Shown here: positions 40,465 through 50,295 of the stretch, piece after piece | How positions within the stretch are numbered: the first letter of the stretch is position 1 | Layout: each line of letters opens with the position of its first letter | Source of the DNA: Escherichia coli | GTDB taxonomy: Bacteria; Pseudomonadota; Gammaproteobacteria; Enterobacterales; Enterobacteriaceae | Reading direction: 5' to 3' (one strand) | DNA: 64,000 nt | Assembly: GCF_029227855.1 (NCBI RefSeq) | Contig: NZ_CP074356.1 | The notes under the pieces: model-generated | Databases searched by the model: none | What the model saw: only the letters and a program-made list of their open reading frames with translations | Told to the model about the DNA's origin: nothing | Made by a program: the position numbers and the translations under genes

Positions 40465-42906
40465 TTAAAAATCAGCCTGACTCGGGATCAGTTTTTGCCA
40501 GATAGCTGAAACGTATTTTGCCTGGTAACGAGCGTCATCAAGTGCATTATGGCGCTCACCTTCGAATGGAATAGCCGTTCTGGCATCGAAGTCTATGGCT
40601 TTCCCCAGCTCAACGATTGTGCGTACATCGCGATCGTTGTAGTAACGCCACGGGCAGGGGATCCCCTGCCGTTCGTATGAACGGCGCAAAATCGTGTTGT
40701 CGAAGTTGGCTCCATTTCCCCAGACCTGAACAAAAAATTCACCGGAGTTTTCGTCGATAAATTCCCGCAATTGTAACAGTGCATCATCTAACGGGATTTC
40801 ATCGGTCATAATGGCAGATTGCGCTTCGCGTGATTGCTTAAGCCACCATTTAATGGTGTCCCGATCAATGACTCCGCCAGCAGTTTCCAGATCGATAGTC
40901 TTACTAAATTCCGGTCCCATATCTCCGGTTTGCGGATCGAAAAATATTGCACCTATTGAGATGATCGGGGCATCAGGATTTTTTCCCATGGTTTCAAGGT
41001 CGATCATTAGATGGTCACACGTCCTGCTGGTGGATGTGATTTCGTGATGACCATTCACCGTAATTAAGGGATCTGCCGTCTCGCCAGTTTTACTATCGCT
41101 GGCGTGGTCCTGAGCGCTGCCAGCATTCTCCTTGTGTGGATGTTCAGCGCCTTCCATTTCCTCCGGATCATTTTCCTGAACTTCAACCTGATTCTCTTCA
41201 TCGAATGTTTTCTGGTATGTTGCGTCGCCCATCACCGCGCCACAATCAGGGCAGTTGCCGCCACCGCTCTGACCGCAGGCGGAGCAGACTTTTTCCGGTT
41301 CCTGTTGCGCTACTGGTTCGGATTGTTTCGTTTCTGGCTCGTTTTGTAACGCATTTGGGCTGTTTTGTTCCGCTTTTTGGTCGTTCCGTTCCGATTCATG
41401 CTGGTTCTGGTTCACAGAATCGCGAGTCTGGATCCCCTTGACCCATTTCGGATCATTAGGGTCGCTAATCCCCTCAACAAATTCACCACGCGATACAGCA
41501 AGTAACTTATCGGCGTCAGGCTGGCTGATATTGGCTGCCTGCATAATTTTGTTTACTTCGTCAGCGGTGACTTTTACTTGGTTAGCGGAACTCACCTGCG
41601 ACTGAGCATCCAGCGACTGCGCGTTCTGGCAATGTTCAGTTGTATCCGGTTCCATTGTTTCAGTTGTTGCCTGTTCACCTGCCATTGCGTCAGATGGTTG
41701 TGGTTTTTCTTCTTCTGTTTCACGCTCAGTAACCACCTCGCGGTTAATTTCTTCCAGGATATCTTTTTCCGGCGTATGCCGGGCAGCTGTGAGAGTTTCC
41801 TTGCTGGGGTTCTCGTGATCAGTTTCCGTCAAATAGGCGTTGATATACCCCTGAAGGCGTCCCGGGTAGTGATAAAATTCAGGGTGTGCGCTTCGGATAA
41901 GTGCAAAAATAGCGGCGCGGGAATAGTCCAGAATACCCGGGGTTGCACGAAGTGCTGCGGACCATTCTTTGAACGGACTTTCTTTTTTCAGGACTACTTC
42001 TTTTGCGCGACGATAAACGCTGCCCGGAATTTCATAAATATTAAAATCCATCGGAAGTGTGGCTGCTGCAATCTCCACATCCAGTGTGTCGAGGGTGTGT
42101 ACTAAATTCGGACTGCGATCGGTTTTGTTCCCACCGCCAGCATTAGCACCGGAAGCCGTGCGGGTGATGCGTGAAACACGATTTCCTTTCATCCACTCTT
42201 TTGTCAGCAGACCCCGATCAGTGTAGTCAGCGTCCAGGTATGCTTCGAAAAAAGCAGTTATTAGTCCCAGGTCTGAATTACCAGGATTAGGGAAAACTTT
42301 GTCAGTGTCACGAACCAGTTTGTGGAGGTCGCGAATCTCCAGCGAGTCGAGCAGACTGGTTTTATGCGAAATAGCCAGGGCAGTAACAGCCGGTAGTTCT
42401 TCAGCCCGTGCAATGTGTAATGCCTGGAGTTCGTCGCGTGAAACGTGCGTTACTGGTTTTTCGCTGCCGTGTTGAGCAAGCCAACGAATGGGCAGTTCCT
42501 GACCGGAGACAGGTAGAAGCATGCTCTCCTCAATCTCAGTCATGTCTTCGCCGTTGATGTTGGTATTATCAGTGCTGGCTGATTTGTCCTGAACAGAGGG
42601 GGAAGGGCCGATAAATGTCATTGTGATGCCATCTTTCCCGCCTTTTTCATAGCGGTTGCAGAATTCAGTATCAAACACGCCTTCTGGCGGAAGGTCGTCA
42701 ACAACGGGCAAATTGACGCGGACGGGTTTTTTAAAGTCGTCTTCATCATAATCGTTGTCATCCATTGCGGTAATGCAGCGGGAGATTGCAACAGATAATT
42801 TTTTTGCTGTAGTCCAGTAAAAACCACCTTTAATTCCTAGGCGTTTTCTTACTTTGTCATTTTTTGCTTCGCAATATAGTGCAAATTCTTCTTTATCAGT
42901 GCTCAT
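40465..42906 (-). CDS. Prophage exonuclease (813 aa) with C-terminal DEDD/DnaQ-like 3'-5' exonuclease domain
   Basis: C-terminal motifs MIDLETMG and HNALDDA; CxxC...CxxC zinc-ribbon-like motif (CSACG...CPDCG); long acidic low-complexity middle. Confidence 0.7.
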   Translation of the reverse strand: MSTDKEEFALYCEAKNDKVRKRLGIKGGFYWTTAKKLSVAISRCITAMDDNDYDEDDFKKPVRVNLPVVDDLPPEGVFDTEFCNRYEKGGKDGITMTFIGPSPSVQDKSASTDNTNINGEDMTEIEESMLLPVSGQELPIRWLAQHGSEKPVTHVSRDELQALHIARAEELPAVTALAISHKTSLLDSLEIRDLHKLVRDTDKVFPNPGNSDLGLITAFFEAYLDADYTDRGLLTKEWMKGNRVSRITRTASGANAGGGNKTDRSPNLVHTLDTLDVEIAAATLPMDFNIYEIPGSVYRRAKEVVLKKESPFKEWSAALRATPGILDYSRAAIFALIRSAHPEFYHYPGRLQGYINAYLTETDHENPSKETLTAARHTPEKDILEEINREVVTERETEEEKPQPSDAMAGEQATTETMEPDTTEHCQNAQSLDAQSQVSSANQVKVTADEVNKIMQAANISQPDADKLLAVSRGEFVEGISDPNDPKWVKGIQTRDSVNQNQHESERNDQKAEQNSPNALQNEPETKQSEPVAQQEPEKVCSACGQSGGGNCPDCGAVMGDATYQKTFDEENQVEVQENDPEEMEGAEHPHKENAGSAQDHASDSKTGETADPLITVNGHHEITSTSRTCDHLMIDLETMGKNPDAPIISIGAIFFDPQTGDMGPEFSKTIDLETAGGVIDRDTIKWWLKQSREAQSAIMTDEIPLDDALLQLREFIDENSGEFFVQVWGNGANFDNTILRRSYERQGIPCPWRYYNDRDVRTIVELGKAIDFDARTAIPFEGERHNALDDARYQAKYVSAIWQKLIPSQADF

Positions 42907-42999
42907 TATTGATAAACCTCATCACAGATTTAAGGGTGAACAAATCTCTGCCATTGCTGACATATAAGAATGAAACTGGATATTTATTACGGTGCTGTT

Positions 43000-43191
43000 T
43001 TAAAATCCTGCCGGGATTTCGTTATTATCCTGGTGAATAACTTTATCGACCGGATAACAGTTGCCTGGAATTTTCTGTTCGGTTGCTGCTGCCATACATT
43101 CCTGCATTGTTCTGTGAACACTGACTGCAATATCAACTGGCTCTCCGGAAACAAGAAAAACCGTCAGAATAAGTGCAAATACTGGATTCAT
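43000..43191 (-). CDS. ydfD: YdfD-like small lysis/membrane protein
   Basis: Internal start MNPVFALILTVFLVSGEPVDIAVSVHRTMQECM... (63 aa); start overlaps the dicB stop. Confidence 0.6.
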   Translation of the reverse strand: MNPVFALILTVFLVSGEPVDIAVSVHRTMQECMAAATEQKIPGNCYPVDKVIHQDNNEIPAGF

Positions 43192-43376
43192 TGTGCACAT
43201 CCTTTTGGCATCAGACGTAAACGGGCCAGCATTGAAACAATGCATACTTTATTTAATAACTCCCGTTCGTGTTTTCTTTTGTTAATGGCCTCTTCAGTAA
43301 ATACAGGATTACTGATAGTGACACCAATTTCAAAACAACCTTCAGACGTATTAACGTTTGGTAATAACGTTTTCAT
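43188..43376 (-). CDS. dicB: Cell-division inhibitor DicB
   Basis: 62-aa ORF MKTLLPNVNTSEGCFEIGVTISNPVFTEEAINKRK... essentially matches the Qin prophage DicB as recalled. Confidence 0.8.
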   Translation of the reverse strand: MKTLLPNVNTSEGCFEIGVTISNPVFTEEAINKRKHERELLNKVCIVSMLARLRLMPKGCAQ

Positions 43377-43544
43377 TATCGCGCCCCAACAATGAGTTTT
43401 GTGATGCGGTGCCTGGTGCCTCCAGGTGACGTTAACCAGTTAACAATTAACGCCGGATACAGAGAATCCACCCATAACACTGTTTTTGGTTTTAACTGTT
43501 CCGCGTGCGCTTAGCCGCATTCACCGCATCACAAAATTCACTTT

Positions 43545-43602
43545 AAAAAGGGCGGCAGAGCAGTCACGGAGTAAAACTGATACCGCCAAACGTCACCAGA
43601 AA
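43545..43602 (-). ncRNA. dicF: DicF small RNA (ftsZ-targeting antisense sRNA)
   Basis: Reverse complement reads TTTCTGGTGACGTTTGGCGGTATCAGTTTTACTCCGTGACTGCTCTGCCGCCCTTTTT, including a terminator hairpin; immediately upstream of dicB. Confidence 0.8.
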
Positions 43603-43943
43603 ATTGATAACAGAGGGCGTTGCAGCGGGGTTGTCACTTAAGCGTATGGTCAACCTGACAACCCGGTGTCCTCAACGGGGGAAGGAATAACCCCGCCATA
43701 CTTACCGCCGCGCCATTTCGCGGATTGCCACAACCGGAAGCGCACGGTCGACGAAAATTTAACGACAGGCTATCTATGAACCAGCTACCTCGCCGTGCGC
43801 TTTCGCGTTATGGTCTGACTTTTCAGGGAAATATCCTTTCAGTAAACTGTCAGTGCCGGATGCTCACCCGTGTCCGGCGCACGCACTCCACCTCACCCGT
43901 GGAGAACTCCTTAATTACTAACCTTAGCTTTGTTGATTAGCTA

Positions 43944-44162
43944 CTAACGCGGGTATGTAATCATTCTGGCAATGCTTAATGCCGCTGCTTTTTCCAGATT
44001 GGTGATATCCTGCTCCAGAGCGGACAGATTTTCAGCCTGCTTAGCCCTGGCTTCATTAGCCCATTTCAGATCCTGCGCTGCATTAATTTTCTGGCGCATC
44101 CACTCATAAAGTTCATCATCGGTATAGTCTGGCGCGATGATGACGGGTTCTCGTTTCTGCAC
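43944..44162 (-). CDS. ydfC: YdfC-like prophage protein
   Basis: 72-aa ORF in the ydfA-ydfB-ydfC-dicF-dicB arrangement. Confidence 0.55.
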   Translation of the reverse strand: MQKREPVIIAPDYTDDELYEWMRQKINAAQDLKWANEARAKQAENLSALEQDITNLEKAAALSIARMITYPR

Positions 44163-44191
44163 GCTGATTCCTCGCGGTGCTGTTTCGCTTA

Positions 44192-44320
44192 TCAGCCGTT
44201 AGATTTTGCCGAACTGGAAAGCGCCTGTTTAAATTCGCTGAAGCTGAGAGCTTCTTCGCCTTCGGCAAGGCCTTCGAAGTATTCTTCGTAAGCCTTTTCC
44301 ATGATTGTGTCGAAATCCAT
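44192..44320 (-). CDS. ydfB: YdfB-like small protein (42 aa)
   Basis: Hand-translated ORF MDFDTIMEKAYEEYFEGLAEGEEALSFSEFKQALSSSAKSNG; below track size cutoff. Confidence 0.55.
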   Translation of the reverse strand: MDFDTIMEKAYEEYFEGLAEGEEALSFSEFKQALSSSAKSNG

Positions 44321-44321
44321 A

Positions 44322-44477
44322 TCACCCACCTGAATTTCTTTCCAGCCAGCGACGCGCTCCAGATTCGGTTTTAAACGTTTTGCTTTTGGTATACGTCATT
44401 GCGGTGAAGGTGCCGTCCTGGTTGGGAAACACGCCGTACACCAGAGATTCGTTGTTGCCAAGATCGATAGTATCCAT
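44322..44477 (-). CDS. ydfA: YdfA-like small protein (DUF1391-like, 51 aa)
   Basis: Internal start MDTIDLGNNESLVYGVFPNQDGTFTAMTYTK within track ORF 44322-44558. Confidence 0.6.
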   Translation of the reverse strand: MDTIDLGNNESLVYGVFPNQDGTFTAMTYTKSKTFKTESGARRWLERNSGG

Positions 44478-44774
44478 GCTGACCTCATTTCCCCTTAACG
44501 CCGGGGTAGCGGAACAAAAACCTGCTGCATAGTTATTAAAGTTGAACCCTGCCGTCATGTTCTTACGCCTCGGGCTGGCTACTTAACCCCTGACCACTGC
44601 CTGGTAACTCGAAGTATTGCCCTGCATTCTGTGGGGCGGGGTGGGTGGTAGGTATATAATGTACTTTTCGTTCATTGTTGTAAAGTACTTTTAGTACATT
44701 TTGTGTGTAAAAAAATGAGATGGGATAAAGTGAAGCACAAACCCGGAGGAAGGCGCTACCGGATTTATGCTGGT

Positions 44775-45194
44775 TTAAGAGGCTTTTTGTTTTTTCTTTC
44801 GTGCTAACTCTTCGTAAATTGCATTGTACTTCTGTTTTTTCTCTTCAAGAGTTTTTAAAAGTTCATCTGTCTCACTGTCAGGGAGCTCGTCCAGAAGGTC
44901 AATGATGATTTTTTGTCTTGGATTTAACTCCTGATAGAAACGTACCTGTCCACTTTCTTCTGTATCCTCTCCCAAAAGATAGGTTGGTGTTGTTCCTATT
45001 AGTGTTGCTAATTCCCTTAATTTCTCCCGGCGAGGAATTGTTTCGCCATTAAACCATTTGCTAACCGCTTTTGGTGTTAATTTCATTCGACGGGCAATTT
45101 CTGCCTGCCTTCCATGTTGTTCATAACCAGCGTTTTCACAGGCTAGCGCAAGCCTACTGGCGAACTCTTTACGCGCTTTATCTTCATGAACCAT
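44775..45194 (-). CDS. Prophage repressor (XRE-family HTH; DicA/RacR/CI-like)
   Basis: 139-aa ORF with HTH (GRQAEIARRMKLTPKAVSKWFNGE); divergent from cro-like gene; same direction as the leftward dicB operon. Confidence 0.7.
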   Translation of the reverse strand: MVHEDKARKEFASRLALACENAGYEQHGRQAEIARRMKLTPKAVSKWFNGETIPRREKLRELATLIGTTPTYLLGEDTEESGQVRFYQELNPRQKIIIDLLDELPDSETDELLKTLEEKKQKYNAIYEELARKKKQKAS

Positions 45195-45273
45195 AAGTTC
45201 AATGATATTCGCTCTTGAATGTACTGTCAGTTCTGTTATAGCATGTACTCAAAGTTCACATTGTGAGGGTGAT
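45195..45273. promoter_or_regulatory. Putative immunity-region operator/promoter interval between repressor and cro-like genes
   Basis: Short divergent intergenic region with repeated ATGTACT(G/C) motifs. Confidence 0.4.
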
Positions 45274-45528
45274 ATGAACCAGAAAACACTTGAAGATGTA
45301 ATCAAAACTGTTCGCGTTGCTGTTGTGGCCGACGTTTGTGGTGTCAGCCAAAGAGCAATCTATAAATGGATGGATAACGGAAAATTGCCTCGCACAGAAT
45401 ATACCGGCGAAACAAATTACGCTGAAAAAATCGCTCTTGCATCAAACGGATTATTTTCTGCCGATGCAATTTTAACTATTGGCAGGAATAAAACTACTAC
45501 GAAAAAGCTGATGGGAGTTGATTCATGA
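45274..45528 (+). CDS. Cro/YdaS-like HTH protein
   Basis: Internal ATG (MNQKTLEDVIKTVRVAVVADVCGVSQRAIYKWMDNGKLP) within track ORF 45202-45528. Confidence 0.6.
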   Translation: MNQKTLEDVIKTVRVAVVADVCGVSQRAIYKWMDNGKLPRTEYTGETNYAEKIALASNGLFSADAILTIGRNKTTTKKLMGVDS

Positions 45529-45950
45529 AAATCAAGCATGAACACATCCGCATGGCGATGAATGCCTGGGCGCATCCGGACGGCGAAAAAGTACCGGCTG
45601 TGAAAATTACCAAAGCGTATTTCGAGCTGGGAATGACGTTCCCGGAACTGTATGACGACAGCCATCCGGAAGCCCTGGCTCGCAATACTCAGAAAATTTT
45701 CCGCTGGGTGGAGAAAGACACCCCTGATGCGGTTAAAAAAATTCAGGCGTTGTTACCAGCTATCGAAAAAGCAATGCCACCTCTGCTGGTGGCCCGAATG
45801 CGCAGTCATAGCTCAGCCTATTTTCGGGAACTAGTGGAGACGCGGGAACGACTGGTGAGAGACGCTGATGATTTTGTCGCAGTGGCGATCGCTGGTTTCA
45901 ACCAGATGAATCGTGGTGGCCCTGCAGGAAATATTGTGGCTGTGCATTGA
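45525..45950 (+). CDS. YdaT-like prophage protein
   Basis: 141-aa ORF translationally coupled to the cro-like gene, in the YdaS/YdaT arrangement of Rac-type prophages. Confidence 0.5.
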   Translation: MKIKHEHIRMAMNAWAHPDGEKVPAVKITKAYFELGMTFPELYDDSHPEALARNTQKIFRWVEKDTPDAVKKIQALLPAIEKAMPPLLVARMRSHSSAYFRELVETRERLVRDADDFVAVAIAGFNQMNRGGPAGNIVAVH

Positions 45951-46015
45951 CTCGCAATATTCATACCGGATCACTTCCGGCAATTTGTGAGTAAAAAGAT
46001 TCGGTATCAAAAGAG

Positions 46016-47104
46016 GTGAGTATGGCTAACGCCTGGCTCAGATTATGGCATGACATGCCAAATGACCCTAAGTGGCGAACAATTGCCAGGGTGTCAGGGC
46101 AGCCAATTGCAACAGTGATGGCAGTGTATATCCACCTCCTGGTGAGCGCGTCACGAAATGTCACGCGAGGTCACATTGATGTCACGACAGAAGATTTGGC
46201 AAGTGCGCTCGACGTGACAGAAGAGGTAATTGATTCAATTTTGCAGACGATGCAGGGGCGGGTACTTGATGGTGATTTAATCACTGGATGGGAAAAACGC
46301 CAGGTGCTTAAAGAGGACAACGGCAATATTTCGCAAACCGCAAAATCTCCTGCAGAGCGCAAGAGGGCGCAGCGAGAGAGGGAAAGAAAGCGGGAACAAA
46401 ATGGCGATTGTCACGGCGCGTCACGAAATGTCACGCACATGTCACGACGAGTCACGACAGATAAAGATACAGATAAAGATACAGATAAAGATACAGATCA
46501 AGAAGATCAAAACACTATGGTCCATGGCGTAAAAAACGCCACGAACCAGGCAGGGGATGTTCAGACCGTCAATCTTGGTCAGCCAGCAGGCACGACACCG
46601 GAAGCCGATTCAGCGTATGCGCTGAAAGCCGATTCGGGCGCTGTGCAGCAGGTGATGACCGCAAGGCCGGAGCAATCACACCAACTGCAGCAGCCCGAAG
46701 CCGATTCCGCCATTCAGCGGGAAGCCGATCGGGTAGTCCCGGAAAACACCGGGCAGTCTGTGGGACGAGTGGATTATCCGGATGTGTTCGAACAGGTCTG
46801 GCGGGAGTACCCGTTGCGTGCCGGAGCAAACCCGAAGAAATCCGCTTTCAGTGCCTGGAAGGCCAGATTACGCGAGGGGGTGCCACCAGAGGCCATGCTG
46901 GATGGCGTGAGGCGTTACGCAAGATACTTGGCGGCTACCGGGAAAACGGGAACGGAATTTGTTCAGCGAGCGACGACGTTTTTTGGACCGGACCGGAATT
47001 TTGAGAACCCCTGGTTGCTCCCGGTAAGCGGCACGAACAACCAGCGTTGTGTGAATCATATTTCTGAACCGGATAACGAAATTCCGCCGGGCTTCAGGGG
47101 GTAA
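46016..47104 (+). CDS. Putative phage replication initiation protein (O-like) containing internal iterons
   Basis: 362-aa ORF with N-terminal HTH-like region, low-complexity middle (DKDTDKDTDKDTD) and two clusters of GTCACG direct repeats inside the coding sequence. Confidence 0.55.
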   Translation: MSMANAWLRLWHDMPNDPKWRTIARVSGQPIATVMAVYIHLLVSASRNVTRGHIDVTTEDLASALDVTEEVIDSILQTMQGRVLDGDLITGWEKRQVLKEDNGNISQTAKSPAERKRAQRERERKREQNGDCHGASRNVTHMSRRVTTDKDTDKDTDKDTDQEDQNTMVHGVKNATNQAGDVQTVNLGQPAGTTPEADSAYALKADSGAVQQVMTARPEQSHQLQQPEADSAIQREADRVVPENTGQSVGRVDYPDVFEQVWREYPLRAGANPKKSAFSAWKARLREGVPPEAMLDGVRRYARYLAATGKTGTEFVQRATTFFGPDRNFENPWLLPVSGTNNQRCVNHISEPDNEIPPGFRG

Positions 47105-47144
47105 GTGTTAATTTCTGGTCATGAGGTAATTTTCAGGAGGGCTT

Positions 47145-47567
47145 GTGGCAAAAGTTTTTACACAAGAAGAGCGGGAAAAAATTAAAGGGCAGGTTGTTGA
47201 ACTCGTACGCCAGAGTGGGCGCGAGACGTTACGACAACTGGAAACTAAAACTGGGGCAACAAGATATCTGATGAGCGTTCTGGCCAGAGAGCTGGTTGCC
47301 AGTGGCGATGTATACAACTCTGGTTACGGGTTATTCCCGTCTGAACAGGCGCGTAAGGACTGGCAAAATGCCCGTAAAAAGCTCTCAAGGGCAAAGCCGA
47401 AGAAACCATCTGCGGTTGATCCGGACCTAATCTGGTCATTACCAGACGGAGAAATACGCCGCTACGACAGGCGCCTGAATATAATCTGTCGCGAGTGCCG
47501 GAAGAGCGAAGCTATGCAGCGTGTACTGGCTTTCTATCAGGGTAATTTTCAGGAGGCGGTACTGTGA
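47145..47567 (+). CDS. Hypothetical prophage protein (140 aa)
   Basis: Track ORF; good spacing after replication gene; no family recognised. Confidence 0.5.
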   Translation: MAKVFTQEEREKIKGQVVELVRQSGRETLRQLETKTGATRYLMSVLARELVASGDVYNSGYGLFPSEQARKDWQNARKKLSRAKPKKPSAVDPDLIWSLPDGEIRRYDRRLNIICRECRKSEAMQRVLAFYQGNFQEAVL

Positions 47568-48074
47568 GTGAAATTAGCTATCAGGCTTCAATTGCCGCTG
47601 GCATTCGCATCAAAGGAGAGGAGCATGGAAATAAAACCAGAGGATTAGTTAAGCAATATCGTTTTATTTCCGATAAAAGAGGATGACCCTCGTAATCAGG
47701 TTAATTTTCTTTATGAGCCATCGGAAAGACCATATTGCCATCACGCTTCTGTCCGGGTTGACGAAAAAGAGCGTCAGGTCCGCTGTAAAATCTGCGGTGC
47801 AGTTGTGGAGCCATTTGACTGGATGCTCTCTGTGGCGAAAAGAGAAACCAGACTGGCAGATGATGTAAGGCTCTTGCGCCAGGAGGAACGGGAAAGGCGA
47901 AAAAATATAGAAAAGCTAATTCAGATTGAGCGTAACGGGAAAGCGCGGATACGCAGGGTGACAAAATCCAAAACTGAATAATTAAATTTAGCACTGTTAA
48001 AAATTTAATCCTTAACCGGAGGGATTTCTGCACCCTCAGAACAGCAGGAGGCCACCCGAAAGGGCGGTAGTGAA

Positions 48075-48257
48075 ATGCGAAAGTTCAAAATAATTATTGA
48101 AACGGGAATGGCTGGTGGAGATTTCGAGGATGAATTCGAAGTGGATGCTGATGCGACGCCTGATGAAATACATGACGAAGCAAAAGATATTTTCTTTAAC
48201 TACTGCAATTACTCATATCACGAAATAAAAGACGAAGAGGAAGAGCAAAATGGCTGA
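48075..48257 (+). CDS. Small acidic hypothetical prophage protein (60 aa)
   Basis: Track ORF, highly acidic; followed by two further coupled small ORFs (about 48250-48425 and 48423-48533). Confidence 0.4.
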   Translation: MRKFKIIIETGMAGGDFEDEFEVDADATPDEIHDEAKDIFFNYCNYSYHEIKDEEEEQNG

Positions 48258-49401
48258 TTTTGGTTCAACTAAATACAACGTCAGTTTTGAAAAATGGCAT
48301 GAACTGTTAATGGACTATGCAGAGTTACGTGGTGGCAGTGCTGCTGATGCTGAAGCATGGCGTGATGATTATGAAGCAGGAAAAAATCCGGTCGAAGCAT
48401 ATTGTGATGAGTGGGGCGATGAATGAGCGAGATTAATTATCAGGAAGGGTATGAAACGGCGGGGCAAGCAAAACCAGTGGCATGGCGATATCGCTACGTG
48501 AAAAAAGGCGTTACGGACTTTCAGGAGAAGTAGTGGTCTGTTGACTGGAAATATGTACCGAAAAAAGAGGATTGTAACGACAGGCCGAACTATCAAATTC
48601 AGGCCTTATTCACTGCCTCACCAGCCCTGGTTACATCAGAAGAACTGGTTAAAGCTGTGCACTTTTATGAACAACTAAAACGCGAAAATCCACCAACATC
48701 CGGCAACTAGATTAATGGGTTAACTATGTCGGTTAAACGACCAGCCAACTGAAAAAGCGGAAACCTGATTATAGGTTGCCAGATAAGGCAATAAGCTACC
48801 TGGCGCGGAACGGACTGATAAGTATGGGGAATGTTTTACGATGAACCTTTAGACTAAAGAGTTTGTAACGCTATGTAAGTGATTTTTTCTAGTTTAGATA
48901 TTTATATGTCCGGCCAAATTGAGGTGTGTTTAAATGTAATTGCACATTGATTGTAGGAGGAATAATGAAAAACGCATTGCAGTTTTTGTTTGTTGCGTTC
49001 TGGTTGTTCGTATCATGTATGCCCATCATCTTCACAGCAAGGTATATGGAAAAAGTTGATGTTTTGATATTAATATTTGGATATATAAATGCCCTTTTTT
49101 TAGGGGTGTTCATGGCGGTCATGTGCATTGAATACTGGCGGTAAATACAGCGAACTCCATTGGTTTAGTTGGATATTTATTGTGCTGGACAAAAACGGTT
49201 TGCGGGGAAATCTTAGTTAAGTAGAATGACTGCGGGTGCTTGAGGCTATCTGCCTCGGGCATGAACACCAACGGCAGATAGAGAAAAGCCCCAGGTAACA
49301 TTACGCGTCCTGCAAGACGTTTAACATTAATCTGAGGCCATATCTATGCGACACATAGAGATTAGCCTCTTACGGACCGAAAGGTCAAGGAGAAGCAGGC
49401 T

Positions 49402-49557
49402 ATGAAGCAGCAAAAGGCGATGTTAATCGCCCTGATCGTCATCTGTTTAACCGTCATAGTGACGGCACTGGTAACGAGGAAAGACCTCTGCGAGGTACGA
49501 ATCCGAACCGGCCAGACGGAGGTCGCTGTCTTCACAGTTTACGAACCTGAGGAGTAA
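49402..49557 (+). CDS. hokD: Hok/Gef-family type I toxin (51 aa)
   Basis: Hand-translated MKQQKAMLIALIVICLTVIVTALVTRKDLCEVRIRTGQTEVAVFTVYEPEE; short upstream ORF ends at the hok ATG; terminator hairpin at about 49626-49650. Confidence 0.85.
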   Translation: MKQQKAMLIALIVICLTVIVTALVTRKDLCEVRIRTGQTEVAVFTVYEPEE

Positions 49558-50015
49558 GAGACCCGGCGAGGGAGAAATCCCTCGCCACCTCTGATGTGTC
49601 AGGCATCCTCAATGCACCCGCACTTAACCCGCTTCGGCGGGTTTATTTTATCTGTGAATATTTTTATAAAAATAATGCCCACACACAGCATAAAACAAAA
49701 AGTATCACAGATAAAAAAGGAGCGTAATGTGCAGATTTGTTGTTTTCCATATTTACTCACTTTAACATAATCAATATTGATATGGTTGTTGTTTCGGTGG
49801 TTTCAAACGAGATGTTATGATGATCTGGTAAAATTGCATAACATTAAAATTTAATTTATCTAATCGCTTTTAATAATAAGCGTTGTGTTTATCCCAACAA
49901 TCTGTTGTTTGACTTTTATTCCATTAATGTAGGGGCTTTACACTGGAACCAGTTTATTTATACTTTATACGCCAGCCTGAACAACTGGCACCTGCTGCGC
50001 CAGCAGAGACAACCG

Positions 50016-50294
50016 ATGGCGCACGATACCAAATTACACAATTCTGATGATTCTGCCGTCTTTGCCAGCAGGTGCGGACGGCGTTTTCATGCATTCAAAT
50101 CGGACTGGTTCCAGCATCCACCATGCACTGAAGAGCAGGCTGAATGGATAATTCAGTGTTACCGCAGGCGCGGATACGAGGTTAAAAAAGCCCTTAGCCT
50201 CGACTACCGTCACTGGATAATCTCAGTCAGATTGCCTTACTCCGAACGCCCACCGCGTCCATCCCGCACATTCCAGCAACGCATCTGGAGGTAA
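50016..50294 (+). CDS. Hypothetical prophage protein (92 aa)
   Basis: Internal ATG within track ORF 49905-50294 (which starts at TTG); ends 1 nt before the DUF968 gene. Confidence 0.4.
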   Translation: MAHDTKLHNSDDSAVFASRCGRRFHAFKSDWFQHPPCTEEQAEWIIQCYRRRGYEVKKALSLDYRHWIISVRLPYSERPPRPSRTFQQRIWR

Positions 50295-50295
50295 C

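Noticed and set aside
42970-43395. 141-aa plus-strand ORF across dicB and ydfD
   Set aside because: Antisense to two recognised minus-strand genes.
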